DNA from: Sminthopsis crassicaudata
Taxonomy: Eukaryota
Length of the DNA stretch: 64,000 bases
Assembly (NCBI RefSeq): GCF_048593235.1
Contig: NC_133620.1
Location: 477,865,886 to 477,929,885, forward strand
Reading direction: 5' to 3'
Shown: positions 11,251 through 24,154 of the stretch, one piece after another
How positions within the stretch are numbered: position 1 is the first letter of the stretch
Layout of the letters: each line of letters opens with the position of its first letter
Program-made: the position numbers and the translations under genes
Notes under the pieces: model-generated
What the model was told of the DNA's origin: nothing
Database searches by the model: none
The model's input: only the letters and a program-made list of their open reading frames with translations

Positions 11251-11627
11251 AATGAATGCATAAAGCAGCGGCCGTTGCGCAGACCATCCCTGCTCGGCAG
11301 GAGCTCCCTCTTCAGTGGGAAAGGTTGCGCTGTCACTCAGAGGGAAAAGCCCCAGATGGCCGGGCCTCTTCTTCCTACTTCTGATGTTAGACAATTTCAG
11401 CCCAGGTCACGGAGTCTGGGTCGTCAGTCACTGCAGCTGTGGCCTCTGGAGGAGCCGTCATCCCCCAGAACAGCCTCCCAGGAGGAGGCTGAGGGCCCCC
11501 GGTGAAGGCCCCGCCCTTTCCAAGACCCTCCAGAAGAGTCCCCTGGGGTCCTGGGCGTCTGCATCAGTGTCAGAGGAGAGACAGTGGTCAAGGCTTTGAT
11601 GTGGTCTGACCCGCTAGTGCAGCTCCA
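11251..11627 (+). pseudogene. Degenerate SCAN-domain-like exon (ZSCAN/ZKSCAN relic, tentative)
   Basis: Collinear SCAN-like motifs: QEEAEGPR* (consensus QEAEGPRE), then PEE followed 13 residues later by GE-x-x-V (consensus [20 protein letters not shown]). Ends at a strong phase-0 donor CAG|GTATGG. Has an in-frame stop and internal deletions. Confidence 0.4.
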
Positions 11628-12049
11628 GGTATGGCCTGGTCTGGGACTCACGGGGTTGGGGCTGCTTCCTCTCCCAGGGCTCTTGCTCCTCACGAGTAAA
11701 GTTATTAATTCTTTGTCTTCATGTTCCTAGTGCCTGACGTATGGCTCCTCTGCAAAAGGTTGTGGATTTGTGGATTGAATGTGTGCTCCCATAAGAGATT
11801 TGAAGGAAACATTGTTTTCTCAGGGAATTCCCCTTCTATTAATGATATCAGAGTCCAGGGAAATCTAGGTAGACTTGTCACCTCGTGGGTGCCAGCTGTG
11901 GGCTGGGGCAGCTGATGAATAAGAAGAACTAGAGATACAAAAAAAGGTCCCTTAAAGAGGGACGTGAGGGCGAAAACAGCTAGACGGACAGAGACAGCCA
12001 TGTAGGAGAGGAGAGCTGTTAAGGTGGCCCTTGGGGCCATTTTCACCCC

Positions 12050-12930
12050 TGTTTTCATCGTTAACCCTCCAGCCCCCTCTAGCTCCTGACTCCTCCCGCT
12101 GGTTCTTCTCTCTGACCCCAGTCTCCTTTTCCAGATTGCCATCCATATTGTTGCTTCCAAAGCTTTGCCTGGGCCCTCCCTTCTCTCACTCTACTTTCTG
12201 GGCAATTTCATCAGTTTTCCTGGGCTCAGCCAGGTGCTCACACATGTGCCTGTCTGAGCTACAATCATGCACTGCCAACTGCTGCTGGGCATCTCTAAAG
12301 TATTGTCCCATAAGCATTTCAAACTCAATGTCCAAAAAGTAAAGAAAGCCACTTCATATCTTTGACTCCAAACCATTGCTTCTTCCCAACTTTCATATTT
12401 TCATCCTTAATCTGACTCAACCCACACGAACGGTCTGTTGGTGTGTGTTGTGATTTTTTTACACTCACCACATCTTTCGCAGACATTCCTTTCTGGGATC
12501 CTAAACAGACCCTCATCACCTCTCACCCGCACCATTCAACAGTTTCCTGCCTCATCTCTCTCCACTCTGGGCCGCCAAAGTGATTCTCCCGAAGCAGACA
12601 TCTGACTGGGTCACTATTCAATAACCTCCAGGGGCTACTTCTTGTCTCCTGAAAGCCCTTCCCATCCCCCACAAGCCTGCTCAGCCCGCGCTCAGTCTGG
12701 CGCCCCTGGAAGCCTTGCACTTCCTCTACTCAGTCTCTGCTCTAGTAGCCTTCACACCCTCGTCACCTCTGCCTTTGAGTTTGTCTGCCCGCCCTTCTGA
12801 AGGTGACCTTTCTAGTCCCCTGCCTCCTACTAGCCTTCTCCCTGAGATCACCTTCCACTGTCCTCGACACCTCTTGGATGTTCACAGTTGCTTGCTCATT
12901 GTCTCTTGTGTAAGTTCCTTGAAGGCCGGG
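12050..12930 (+). mobile_element. L2 3' portion
   Basis: L2 hallmarks catttcaaactcaatgtccaaaa, gccaaagtgattctccc...tctgactgggtcact and the tail gtaagttccttgaaggc. Confidence 0.75.
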
Positions 12931-15900
12931 CCCACCACCTAGTAGTATAACATCCTATAAGCAGTATAATATAAGTTCCTCGAAGGCCGGGCCCGCCACC
13001 TACTAGTATAACATCCTATAAGCAGTATAATATAAGTTCCTCGAAGGCCGGGCCCGCCACCTACTAGTATAACATCCTATAAGCAGTATAATATAAGTTC
13101 CTCGAAGGCCGGGCCCGCCACCTACTAGTATAACATCCTATAAGCAGTATAATATAAGTTCCTTGAAGGCCGGGCCCGCCACCTACTAGTATAACATCCT
13201 ATAAGCAGTATAATATAAGTTCCTCGAAGGCCGGGCCCGCCACCTTGTAGTATAACATCCTATAAGCAGTATAATATAAGTTCCTTGAAGGCCGGGCCCG
13301 CCACCTAGTAGTATAACATCCTATAAGCAGTATAATATAAGTTCCTTGAAGGCCGGGCCCACCACCTAGTAGTATAATATCCTATAAGCAGTATAATATA
13401 AGTTCCTTGAAGGCCGGGCCCGCCACCTACTAGTATAACATCCTATAAGCAGTATAATATAAGTTCCTCGAAGGCCGGGCCCGCCACCTTGTAGTATAAC
13501 ATCCTATAAGCAGTATAATATAAGTTCCTTGAAGGCCGGGCCCACCACCTAGTAGTATAACATCCTATAAGCAGTATAATATAAGTTCCTCGAAGGCCGG
13601 GCCGCCACCTAGTAGTATAACATCCTATAAGCAGTATAATATAAGTTCCTCGAAGGCCGGGCCCGCCACCTTGTAGTATAACATCCTATAAGCAGTATAA
13701 TATAAGTTCCTTGAAGGCCGGGCCCACCACCTAGTAGTATAACATCCTATAAGCAGTATAATATAAGTTCCTCGAAGGCCGGGCCCGCCACCTAGTAGTA
13801 TAATATCCTATAAGCAGTATAATATAAGTTCCTTGAAGGCCGGGCCCGCCACCTACTAGTATAACATCCTATAAGCAGTATAATATAAGTTCCTTGAAGG
13901 CCGGGCCCACCACCTAGTAGTATAATATCCTATAAGCAGTATAATATAAGTTCCTTGAAGGCCGGGCCCGCCACCTACTAGTATAACATCCTATAAGCAG
14001 TATAATATAAGTTCCTCGAAGGCCGGGCCCACCACCTACTAGTATAACATCCTATAAGCAGTATAATATAAGTTCCTCGAAGGCCGGGCCGCCACCTAGT
14101 AGTATAACATCCTATAAGCAGTATAATATAAGTTCCTCGAAGGCCGGGCCCGCCACCTTGTAGTATAACATCCTATAAGCAGTATAATATAAGTTCCTTG
14201 AAGGCCGGGCCCACCACCTAGTAGTATAACATCCTATAAGCAGTATAATATAAGTTCCTCGAAGGCCGGGCCCGCCACCTAGTAGTATAATATCCTATAA
14301 GCAGTATAATATAAGTTCCTTGAAGGCCGGGCCCGCCACCTACTAGTATAACATCCTATAAGCAGTATAATATAAGTTCCTTGAAGGCCGGGCCCACCAC
14401 CTAGTAGTATAATATCCTATAAGCAGTATAATATAAGTTCCTTGAAGGCCGGGCCCACCACCTAGTAGTATAACATCCTATAAGCAGTATAATATAAGTT
14501 CCTTGAAGGCCGGGCCCACCACCTAGTAGTATAATATCCTATAAGCAGTATAATATAAGTTCCTCGAAGGCCGGGCCCACCACCTAGTAGTATAATATCC
14601 TATAAGCAGTATAATATAAGTTCCTTGAAGGCCGGGCCCGCCACCTAGTAGTATAATATCCTATAAGCAGTATAATATAAGTTCCTCGAAGGCCGGGCCC
14701 ACCACCTAGTAGTATAATATCCTATAAGCAGTATAATATAAGTTCCTTGAAGGCCGGGCCCACCACCTACTAGTATAACATCCTATAAGCAGTATAATAT
14801 AAGTTCCTTGAAGGCCGGGCCCACCACCTAGTAGTATAATATCCTATAAGCAGTATAATATAAGTTCCTTGAAGGCCGGGCCCGCCACCTAGTAGTATAA
14901 CATCCTATAAGCAGTATAATATAAGTTCCTTGAAGGCCGGGCCGCCACCTAGTAGTATAACATCCTATAAGCAGTATAATATAAGTTCCTCGAAGGCCGG
15001 GCCCGCCACCTACTAGTATAACATCCTATAAGCAGTATAATATAAGTTCCTTGAAGGCCGGGCCCGCCACCTAGTAGTATAATATCCTATAAGCAGTATA
15101 ATATAAGTTCCTTGAAGGCCGGGCCCACCACCTACTAGTATAACATCCTATAAGCAGTATAATATAAGTTCCTCGAAGGCCGGGCCCGCCACCTACTAGT
15201 ATAACATCCTATAAGCAGTATAATATAAGTTCCTCGAAGGCCGGGCCGCCACCTAGTAGTATAACATCCTATAAGCAGTATAATATAAGTTCCTCAAAGG
15301 CCGGGCCCGCCACCTACTAGTATAACATCCTATAAGCAGTATAATATAAGTTCCTCGAAGGCCGGGCCCGCCACCTACTAGTATAACATCCTATAAGCAG
15401 TATAATATAAGTTCCTCGAAGGCCGGGCCCGCCACCTACTAGTATAACATCCTATAAGCAGTATAATATAAGTTCCTTGAAGGCCGGGCCCGCCACCTAC
15501 TAGTATAACATCCTATAAGCAGTATAATATAAGTTCCTCGAAGGCCGGGCCCGCCACCTTGTAGTATAACATCCTATAAGCAGTATAATATAAGTTCCTT
15601 GAAGGCCGGGCCCGCCACCTAGTAGTATAACATCCTATAAGCAGTATAATATAAGTTCCTTGAAGGCCGGGCCCACCACCTAGTAGTATAATATCCTATA
15701 AGCAGTATAATATAAGTTCCTTGAAGGCCGGGCCCGCCACCTACTAGTATAACATCCTATAAGCAGTATAATATAAGTTCCTCGAAGGCCGGGCCCGCCA
15801 CCTTGTAGTATAACATCCTATAAGCAGTATAATATAAGTTCCTTGAAGGCCGGGCCCACCACCTAGTAGTATAACATCCTATAAGCAGTATAATATAAGT

Positions 15901-18670
15901 TCCTCGAAGGCCGGGCCGCCACCTAGTAGTATAACATCCTATAAGCAGTATAATATAAGTTCCTCGAAGGCCGGGCCCGCCACCTTGTAGTATAACATCC
16001 TATAAGCAGTATAATATAAGTTCCTTGAAGGCCGGGCCCACCACCTAGTAGTATAACATCCTATAAGCAGTATAATATAAGTTCCTCGAAGGCCGGGCCC
16101 GCCACCTAGTAGTATAATATCCTATAAGCAGTATAATATAAGTTCCTTGAAGGCCGGGCCCGCCACCTACTAGTATAACATCCTATAAGCAGTATAATAT
16201 AAGTTCCTTGAAGGCCGGGCCCACCACCTAGTAGTATAATATCCTATAAGCAGTATAATATAAGTTCCTTGAAGGCCGGGCCCGCCACCTACTAGTATAA
16301 CATCCTATAAGCAGTATAATATAAGTTCCTCGAAGGCCGGGCCCACCACCTACTAGTATAACATCCTATAAGCAGTATAATATAAGTTCCTCGAAGGCCG
16401 GGCCGCCACCTAGTAGTATAACATCCTATAAGCAGTATAATATAAGTTCCTCGAAGGCCGGGCCGCCACCTAGTAGTATAACATCCTATAAGCAGTATAA
16501 TATAAGTTCCTCGAAGGCCGGGCCCGCCACCTTGTAGTATAACATCCTATAAGCAGTATAATATAAGTTCCTTGAAGGCCGGGCCCACCACCTAGTAGTA
16601 TAACATCCTATAAGCAGTATAATATAAGTTCCTCGAAGGCCGGGCCCGCCACCTAGTAGTATAATATCCTATAAGCAGTATAATATAAGTTCCTTGAAGG
16701 CCGGGCCCGCCACCTACTAGTATAACATCCTATAAGCAGTATAATATAAGTTCCTTGAAGGCCGGGCCCACCACCTAGTAGTATAACATCCTATAAGCAG
16801 TATAATATAAGTTCCTTGAAGGCCGGGCCCACCACCTAGTAGTATAATATCCTATAAGCAGTATAATATAAGTTCCTCGAAGGCCGGGCCCACCACCTAG
16901 TAGTATAATATCCTATAAGCAGTATAATATAAGTTCCTCGAAGGCCGGGCCCGCCACCTAGTAGTATAATATCCTATAAGCAGTATAATATAAGTTCCTC
17001 GAAGGCCGGGCCCACCACCTAGTAGTATAATATCCTATAAGCAGTATAATATAAGTTCCTTGAAGGCCGGGCCCACCACCTACTAGTATAACATCCTATA
17101 AGCAGTATAATATAAGTTCCTTGAAGGCCGGGCCCACCACCTAGTAGTATAATATCCTATAAGCAGTATAATATAAGTTCCTTGAAGGCCGGGCCCGCCA
17201 CCTAGTAGTATAACATCCTATAAGCAGTATAATATAAGTTCCTTGAAGGCCGGGCCGCCACCTAGTAGTATAACATCCTATAAGCAGTATAATATAAGTT
17301 CCTCGAAGGCCGGGCCCGCCACCTACTAGTATAACATCCTATAAGCAGTATAATATAAGTTCCTTGAAGGCCGGGCCCGCCACCTAGTAGTATAATATCC
17401 TATAAGCAGTATAATATAAGTTCCTTGAAGGCCGGGCCCACCACCTACTAGTATAACATCCTATAAGCAGTATAATATAAGTTCCTCGAAGGCCGGGCCC
17501 GCCACCTACTAGTATAACATCCTATAAGCAGTATAATATAAGTTCCTCGAAGGCCGGGCCCGCCACCTTGTAGTATAACATCCTATAAGCAGTATAATAT
17601 AAGTTCCTTGAAGGCCGGGCCCGCCACCTAGTAGTATAACATCCTATAAGCAGTATAATATAAGTTCCTCGAAGGCCGGGCCCACCACCTAGTAGTATAA
17701 TATCCTATAAGCAGTATAATATAAGTTCCTCGAAGGCCGGGCCGCCACCTAGTAGTATAACATCCTATAAGCAGTATAATATAAGTTCCTCAAAGGCCGG
17801 GCCCACCACCTACTAGTATAACATCCTATAAGCAGTATAATATAAGTTCCTCGAAGGCCGGGCCCACCACCTACTAGTATAACATCCTATAAGCAGTATA
17901 ATATAAGTTCCTTGAAGGCCGGGCCCGCCACCTACTAGTATAACATCCTATAAGCAGTATAATATAAGTTCCTTGAAGGCCGGGCCCACCACCTAGTAGT
18001 ATAACATCCTATAAGCAGTATAATATAAGTTCCTCGAAGGCCGGGCCCACCACCTAGTAGTATAACATCCTATAAGCAGTATAATATAAGTTCCTTGAAG
18101 GCCGGGCCCGCCACCTACTAGTATAACATCCTATAAGCAGTATAATATAAGTTCCTTGAAGGCCGGGCCCGCCACCTACTAGTATAACATCCTATAAGCA
18201 GTATAATATAAGTTCCTTGAAGGCCGGGCCCGCCACCTACTAGTATAACATCCTATAAGCAGTATAATATAAGTTCCTCGAAGGCCGGGCCCGCCACCTA
18301 GTAGTATAACATCCTATAAGCAGTATAATATAAGTTCCTCGAAGGCCGGGCCGCCACCTTGTAGTATAACATCCTATAAGCAGTATAATATAAGTTCCTC
18401 GAAGGCCGGGCCCGCCACCTAGTAGTATAACATCCTATAAGCAGTATAATATAAGTTCCTCGAAGGCCGGGCCCGCCACCTACTAGTATAACATCCTATA
18501 AGCAGTATAATATAAGTTCCTTGAAGGCCGGGCCCGCCACCTTGTAGTATAACATCCTATAAGCAGTATAATATAAGTTCCTTGAAGGCCGGGCCCGCCA
18601 CCTTGTAGTATAACATCCTATAAGCAGTATAATATAAGTTCCTTGAAGGCCAGGCCGCCACCTAGTAGTA
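12913..18670. repeat. 61-bp minisatellite, 94 full units plus a partial unit, with higher-order structure
   Basis: Unit AGTTCCT[C/T]GAAGGCCGGGCCC[G/A]CCACCT[AG/AC/TG]TAGTATAA[C/T]ATCCTATAAGCAGTATAATATA; some units are 60 bp through loss of one C. No unique spacers. Confidence 0.99.
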
Positions 18671-19147
18671 CCTCAGTAGAAGCTGCTTGTGTCCTTTCTC
18701 CAAACCTTGGATCCAGTCTCCCAGCACATTGAGAAAGTCTACTCTCAAATGAACAAGGCTTTGTACCTCCTGGAAGTGAAAGGAAAGAATGAGAAGTAGA
18801 CATGTATATGGCAGATCCCATTGATTTATTAGTTCAATCTTGCTTCTGACCAAGGCCTATTCCAACAGCAAACATCCAATGGGACGGCCTTTTGAGAGAA
18901 GATCCACCCTCAGGCAAAGTGGTCAATGAAGAGAGCCAAAGTATCTGCCTGAGGATCTTTGTTCTGTGGGTCAGAGAGGGGATGGGGGAAATGGAAGCTC
19001 CTGTTGACTGGATCAATAGCCCTGCTTTGTGTGGCCAGGGAAAGCTCACAGAGTTCTAGGGCATCTGCAGAGCTGTGAGCACAACGACCCAGGTCAGGGG
19101 GTTCCAGTCTCATCTGTTCTCTGATGGCTTGGAGGTCCTAGTCATCA

Positions 19148-19648
19148 TCAGCAGGAAGGGGCACAGGTGGGTCTGCAGACCAAGGTTGTATAGGAAACTG
19201 GTTGGCAGCAGGAGACCTGGCAGGAGGGGAGCCCACAGGTCACAGGTTTGCAGCAGACAGGCACACACACAGCAGGTTTGTAGCAGGCAGACTGGCAGGG
19301 GCTGGACACACAGCAGCTGGACTGGCAGGGGCTGGACACACAGCAAGAGGGGCTGCAGGGACTAGTCTGGCAGCAGCTGGACTGGCAGGGGCTGGACACA
19401 CAGCAAGAGGGGCTGCAGGGACTAGCCTGGCAGCAGCTGGACTGGCAGGGGCTGGACACACAGCAGGAGGGGGAGCAGCTGCCAGCTCCACAGACCGCCT
19501 GGCAGCCGGTCACCACAGGGCATGCTGGGCGGCACAGCAGGGCCACACAGGCCGGGCGGCAGCAAGGACGGACGCAGCAGACGGGCTTGCAGCACACGGG
19601 CACGGAGCAGGTGGGCTGGCAGCCAGTGGAGCAGCTGGTGTGGCACAT
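19148..19648 (-). CDS. KRTAP12-like: KRTAP12-like (copy B, 166 aa)
   Basis: [11 protein letters not shown] start; nearly identical to copy A; TATA near 19730; AATAAA at 18825-18830. Confidence 0.93.
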   Translation of the reverse strand: MCHTSCSTGCQPTCSVPVCCKPVCCVRPCCRPACVALLCRPACPVVTGCQAVCGAGSCSPSCCVSSPCQSSCCQASPCSPSCCVSSPCQSSCCQTSPCSPSCCVSSPCQSSCCVSSPCQSACYKPAVCVPVCCKPVTCGLPSCQVSCCQPVSYTTLVCRPTCAPSC

Positions 19649-19924
19649 GGTGGTGGATGGGATTTTCAGGAGAGGAGCAGAGGAGGAGGGATGGGTTTGA
19701 AGTGCTCCTTCCCTTCTGCCCAAGGCTTTTATACTCCTCTGGAGAATGTCCCATCCACAGAGTGGCTTTCCTTCCTCCTCGGTGTTTTCTCCATGTTCCC
19801 TCCCAACACCTCATGACCCTGCTGAGTAACTTCCTATGAGAGTTGACTCAGATGACCCGCACTGACTCGAGTGTAATTTGTGCCTCCATCTCTCAGCCTT
19901 CACTTCGGGGGAAAGGATATCGGT

Positions 19925-20640
19925 TCAATTACCTCCAGATAATGACAAATTTCTGCAGGACCAGTGGCTCACCCCTTCATTCCTCAAGCAAAACATCCTC
20001 CCCTCTTTGTGCCTGGTCACGGAGTTCCTGCCAGCTCCTTCAGTGGATCTGTTCATGTGCCCACTCCCGTCAGGGCTTTTCATCCTGTGTCCTCATGTTC
20101 ATGTTCCCCCATAGAGCCTCCAAGTTGGGAGCCATGGCCCTTCTTCTGAAGCCTTTCTCCTCGTCTCCCTCTATCCCCTGGGAGCTGGGGGCCTCCTCAG
20201 GCCACAGCCTCCTGCATGGGACCCTAGAGCGCTGTCACTGCCTCCACTTTTCAGGCCATCCTGGACGGCACACGGCCACCTGCTCGTGCCCCATGTCATC
20301 GTATCCCCTGGGCCATTCCCCTGCCCTTTCCCTACCCAAGGCTTCCCCTCTCCCACTCGGGGTTGCTTGCCAAGGAAGAATCCCATTTTTCCTTGTCCTC
20401 AGGGGTCTCTAACGCCAGAAAACCCAGGTCTAAATTCTGCCTTGGCCGTGTGGCCTCGCCCCTCAGCTTAGGGAGAGAGGTAGCTCCCCAGTGAAATCAC
20501 AGTTCCACCCCCACCCACATGGAAAGTACGCTCCCTGGGGGCAGGCACGGGGAAGATGCAGGCTTTATCACCAGCCTAGAACCCGGCACGGTGCGTGCAG
20601 GAGGCACTTAATACATGGTTGCTGAGTGTTATTGGCTGGA
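19925..20640 (+). mobile_element. Degenerate L2 3' portion
   Basis: Ends in an L2 tail (ctccctgggggcagg...cctagaacccggcacgg...gcacttaatacatggttgctga). Confidence 0.6.
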
Positions 20641-22522
20641 CAGATCACAGACGGTGCTTGATGTAGAATATTAACGGAGGAGGAGGAGAGCTCCCTGGAG
20701 AGTTTGGGGGAAAGGCCAAAGAGCTCCCAAGTGCCCGAAAGATGCTGAGCTGTTTGTTTCTGGACATCCACTGACTCGGACACAGACTTCAAGCATCTTT
20801 CTGAGGTGAACAGAGGCCCTGTCAGAGACAGGTGGAGAACTCCCAGGTGGAGCTTGCTCTCTAGGGAGGTGACCTGAGGAGGTAGCTCTTGCGGGCCTTC
20901 GTTCTCCAAAGTGATACCTGCAATGCTCAAAAATTACCCATGCGTGTGTTTTGTAAATAAAAAGTTTTAATAAAAAATTTAAATAAAAATAACCCCCCCA
21001 AAAAATAACCTCAGGTCCTCCTGACTTCAGGTGCTCTATGTCCTGCACCAACCAGCTGCCCCCATAGGGCATTTTCTGTGGAAAGCCAATTGGGCTGGCT
21101 TCGGATCGCTGAACCACTGAGAAGCAGCCTTGCGTGCTTGATCATCCCACGTTCTTGCTGTTATTGTGTACGGTGTACTCCTGCTAATGCTGGGTTCGCT
21201 CAGCATCAGTTCGTGGAAATCTTTCCAGGCCTTTCTAAAATCAGCTTGTTCATCATTTTTAATAAATTTTATAGAACAATAATATTCCATTACCTTCCCG
21301 TACCACAGCTTATTTGGTCATTCCCCAATCAATGGGCATCTTATTCATCCCCCCATCCTTGTGCTTTGCAAATCTCAAGATGGCACATGAAGGAGAGCAG
21401 CTACTATGGGGGAGGGGCTTAGGGGGTGGACAGGGGCAGAAGGAGCCCATGAGCAGCCATGGAAGAGAAGGGTCTTCCTCATACCAGCTTAATGAACACT
21501 AAGGGCACCTGCAAAGGGAGCTGCGGACCAGAATGAAAGCTGCTGCGGGCAGGAATGATGCCATTTTGTCTTTCTGATGGCTAGTGCAGCATCCAGCTCC
21601 TTGCAGGTGTTTAATAAATACCTATTTGATTAATTTCAAGAAGTCCCAAAGAGGCAGACAGCGTGAGATCTTTATAGAAGGGAGCAGGATAACTCCCCTG
21701 AACTAGGGACACTTTCTCCATCCAAGGCAGCCCTTGGACTCTGCTGGGACCCAGGAACTTCCCAGATCACCCTGGGAAAGCTATTATTTTCCAGGAGGTC
21801 TGACACATGCCATGGCAGTAAGGGGCTCTGACCCACTTGTCAGTTGGCTCACTGAACATCAGCGATGATGAACCATCTGTCCCTGAGTGACCCTTCCCCT
21901 TCTACCTTTGTCCTCCTCCTTTCAAATCCTCCAAGCTTAAGAGGCGGCCCAGCCTTTCTTTCCCTCCCCCCCACCCCGTACATTGCACTGCCACCCTGCC
22001 CCGGGCTGTGCTATGAGCAGCAAGCCAGAAACCTGGGGGCAAGTCCAGGGAGGCATGCGTGTGGACACATGTAAATGCAGAGGCCACCGACCAGCAGTGC
22101 TTCTGGCCAAGTAACCAGCCAAAAATCAGAACTGAGAACTAAAAGCTCGGGGCATTATGACTTGGAGCCTCAGGGGAGGGCCCGTGACTCCTGCCAAGCT
22201 CTGCTGGTGGCGCACACACGTGCCCCCAGTCGTATCCAGGGAACACCCAACTTTATGGAAGTTCGCTTAGGCTGTGACTGTGAGAAGCCTGGGAAAGAGG
22301 AAGGAATAGGAGGCAAAGGCCAGGGAGGCAAAGGAAATAAAAATATGGGAACCACAAGGAGGAAAGCAGCTGCTGTGTTTGTTGTTACTATACACGGACA
22401 CCTGCGTGCATGTACACACACAGCAGAGGGATATAAAAGCCTTGGGCAGAGGGGAAGGAGCACTCCAAACCCATCCCTCCTCCTCTGCTCCTCTCCTGAA
22501 AATCCTCCCCACCCCACCCACC

Positions 22523-22951
22523 ATGTGCCACACCAGCTGCTCCACTGGCTGCCAGCCCACCTGCTCCGTGCCCGTGTGCTGCAAGCCCGTCTGCTGCGTC
22601 CGTCCTTGCTGCCGCCCGGCCTGTGTGGCCCTGCTGTGCCGCCCAGCATGCCCTGTGGTGACCGGCTGCCAGGCGGTCTGTGGAGCTGGCAGCTGCTCCC
22701 CCTCCTGCTGTGTGTCCAGCCCCTGCCAGTCCAGCTGCTGCCAGGCTAGTTCCTGCAGCCCCTCCTGCTGTGTGTCCAGCCCCTGCCAATCTGCTTGCTG
22801 TGTGCCAGTCTGCTGCAAACCTACTGTGTGTGTGCCCTTGTGCTGCAAGCCTGTGACCTGTGGGGTTGCCTTCTGCCAAGTCTCCTGCTGCCAACCAGCT
22901 TCCTGCACCTCCTTGGTCTGCGGACCCTCCTGTGCCCCCTCGTGCTGCTGA
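22523..22951 (+). CDS. KRTAP12-like: KRTAP12-like (copy C, 142 aa)
   Basis: caccATG MCHTSC start; TATAAAA at 22432-22438; AATAAA at 23146-23151; ends PSCC. Confidence 0.93.
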   Translation: MCHTSCSTGCQPTCSVPVCCKPVCCVRPCCRPACVALLCRPACPVVTGCQAVCGAGSCSPSCCVSSPCQSSCCQASSCSPSCCVSSPCQSACCVPVCCKPTVCVPLCCKPVTCGVAFCQVSCCQPASCTSLVCGPSCAPSCC

Positions 22952-24154
22952 TCACACATTGTCCAAACTGCCACATTTCCATTAGAGAAGGAGATGAGCC
23001 TTGAATATCAACTCCTCAGACCACTGTGTTCAGAGCCTTGTTGACCCATTTTAAAGGGCCTTTCCCCCCTGAAGCTTTCTTGAAACTGTGATGTTGATCT
23101 AGGACTTTCAATGGTTTGATAACTCACTTCTCATGACCTCTGTGGAATAAAATCCTTTGGATCCAAAGATTCTGATCTTCTCCTTGACCACTTCAAGACC
23201 ATAGTAGCCCTTCTCTTCCAGGAGCACCACTTTGTAACTGCATCTTTGGGTTCTAATTCTGCCCTAAGCGGCAATGACCACTTAATAAATTCATTTAATT
23301 GATAACACACCAATCTTTGTTTCATCCTCTTCTCTCATAAGTTTTTATTGAGACTTTCTGATTTTTACATGATCAAAGTTATTCCACGTATCCTTCCTTC
23401 TCCATAGGAAAAATAGTATTTTTTAGAAAGAAAAACTGCTCAGTACATGGGGAAAGTCTGAAAACATGTGTGATGGGTCACGAAACGTTGGACTGGGACT
23501 CTCATCTCTCTTCATCTGAGGCTCACTTGGTTTTTATAATTTTCTTCTCATGTGTCATCATTTACATTTATATTAATTACATTATTATCATTACTGTGTA
23601 GATTATTTCCTTGACTCTGCTGATTTCACTCTGCATCTAGTCACATAGTTTTCCCATGATTCTCTGTATTCATTGCACATATCACTTCTTAGTCCAGTTT
23701 CACATTCATGTGCTACAATTTGCTTAGCTATTCCTCATTTGATGGCCATCTACTTTGTTTTCAATTCACAGCTCTCACAAAAAGTACTATTATTAATATT
23801 CTGGGCTATATAAGGATTTTCTTCCTGTTAATGGCTTCCTTGGGTTCCCAGGAGGGGAGTCTCTGGTTCAAAGGATATGGACCTCTTAGATACTTCATTT
23901 GCCTATTTCCAAATTGTGGTCCAAAATGGCTGTAGAGTTTACTAGCTGCTCCAACAATGTATTAGTATGCTATCATACCCCCCGGTTAGTACGGCCTCCA
24001 ATAGTGACTGCTGTTATTTTTATCTATTTGCAGAGCATGGAATGAAAGCTCTGAGTTGTTTTGATGTGCAGTTTTCTTATTATTAGTGATGTGGAGTGTT
24101 CATTCATGTGGTTGTGAATAATTTGCAAGTCTTCTTTTGAAAATTTATCTTTTA

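Noticed and set aside
12913-18670. CRISPR-like array (GC-rich semi-palindromic segment alternating with an AT-rich segment)
   Set aside because: The apparent spacers are identical, there are no cas genes, and the context is mammalian. It is a minisatellite.
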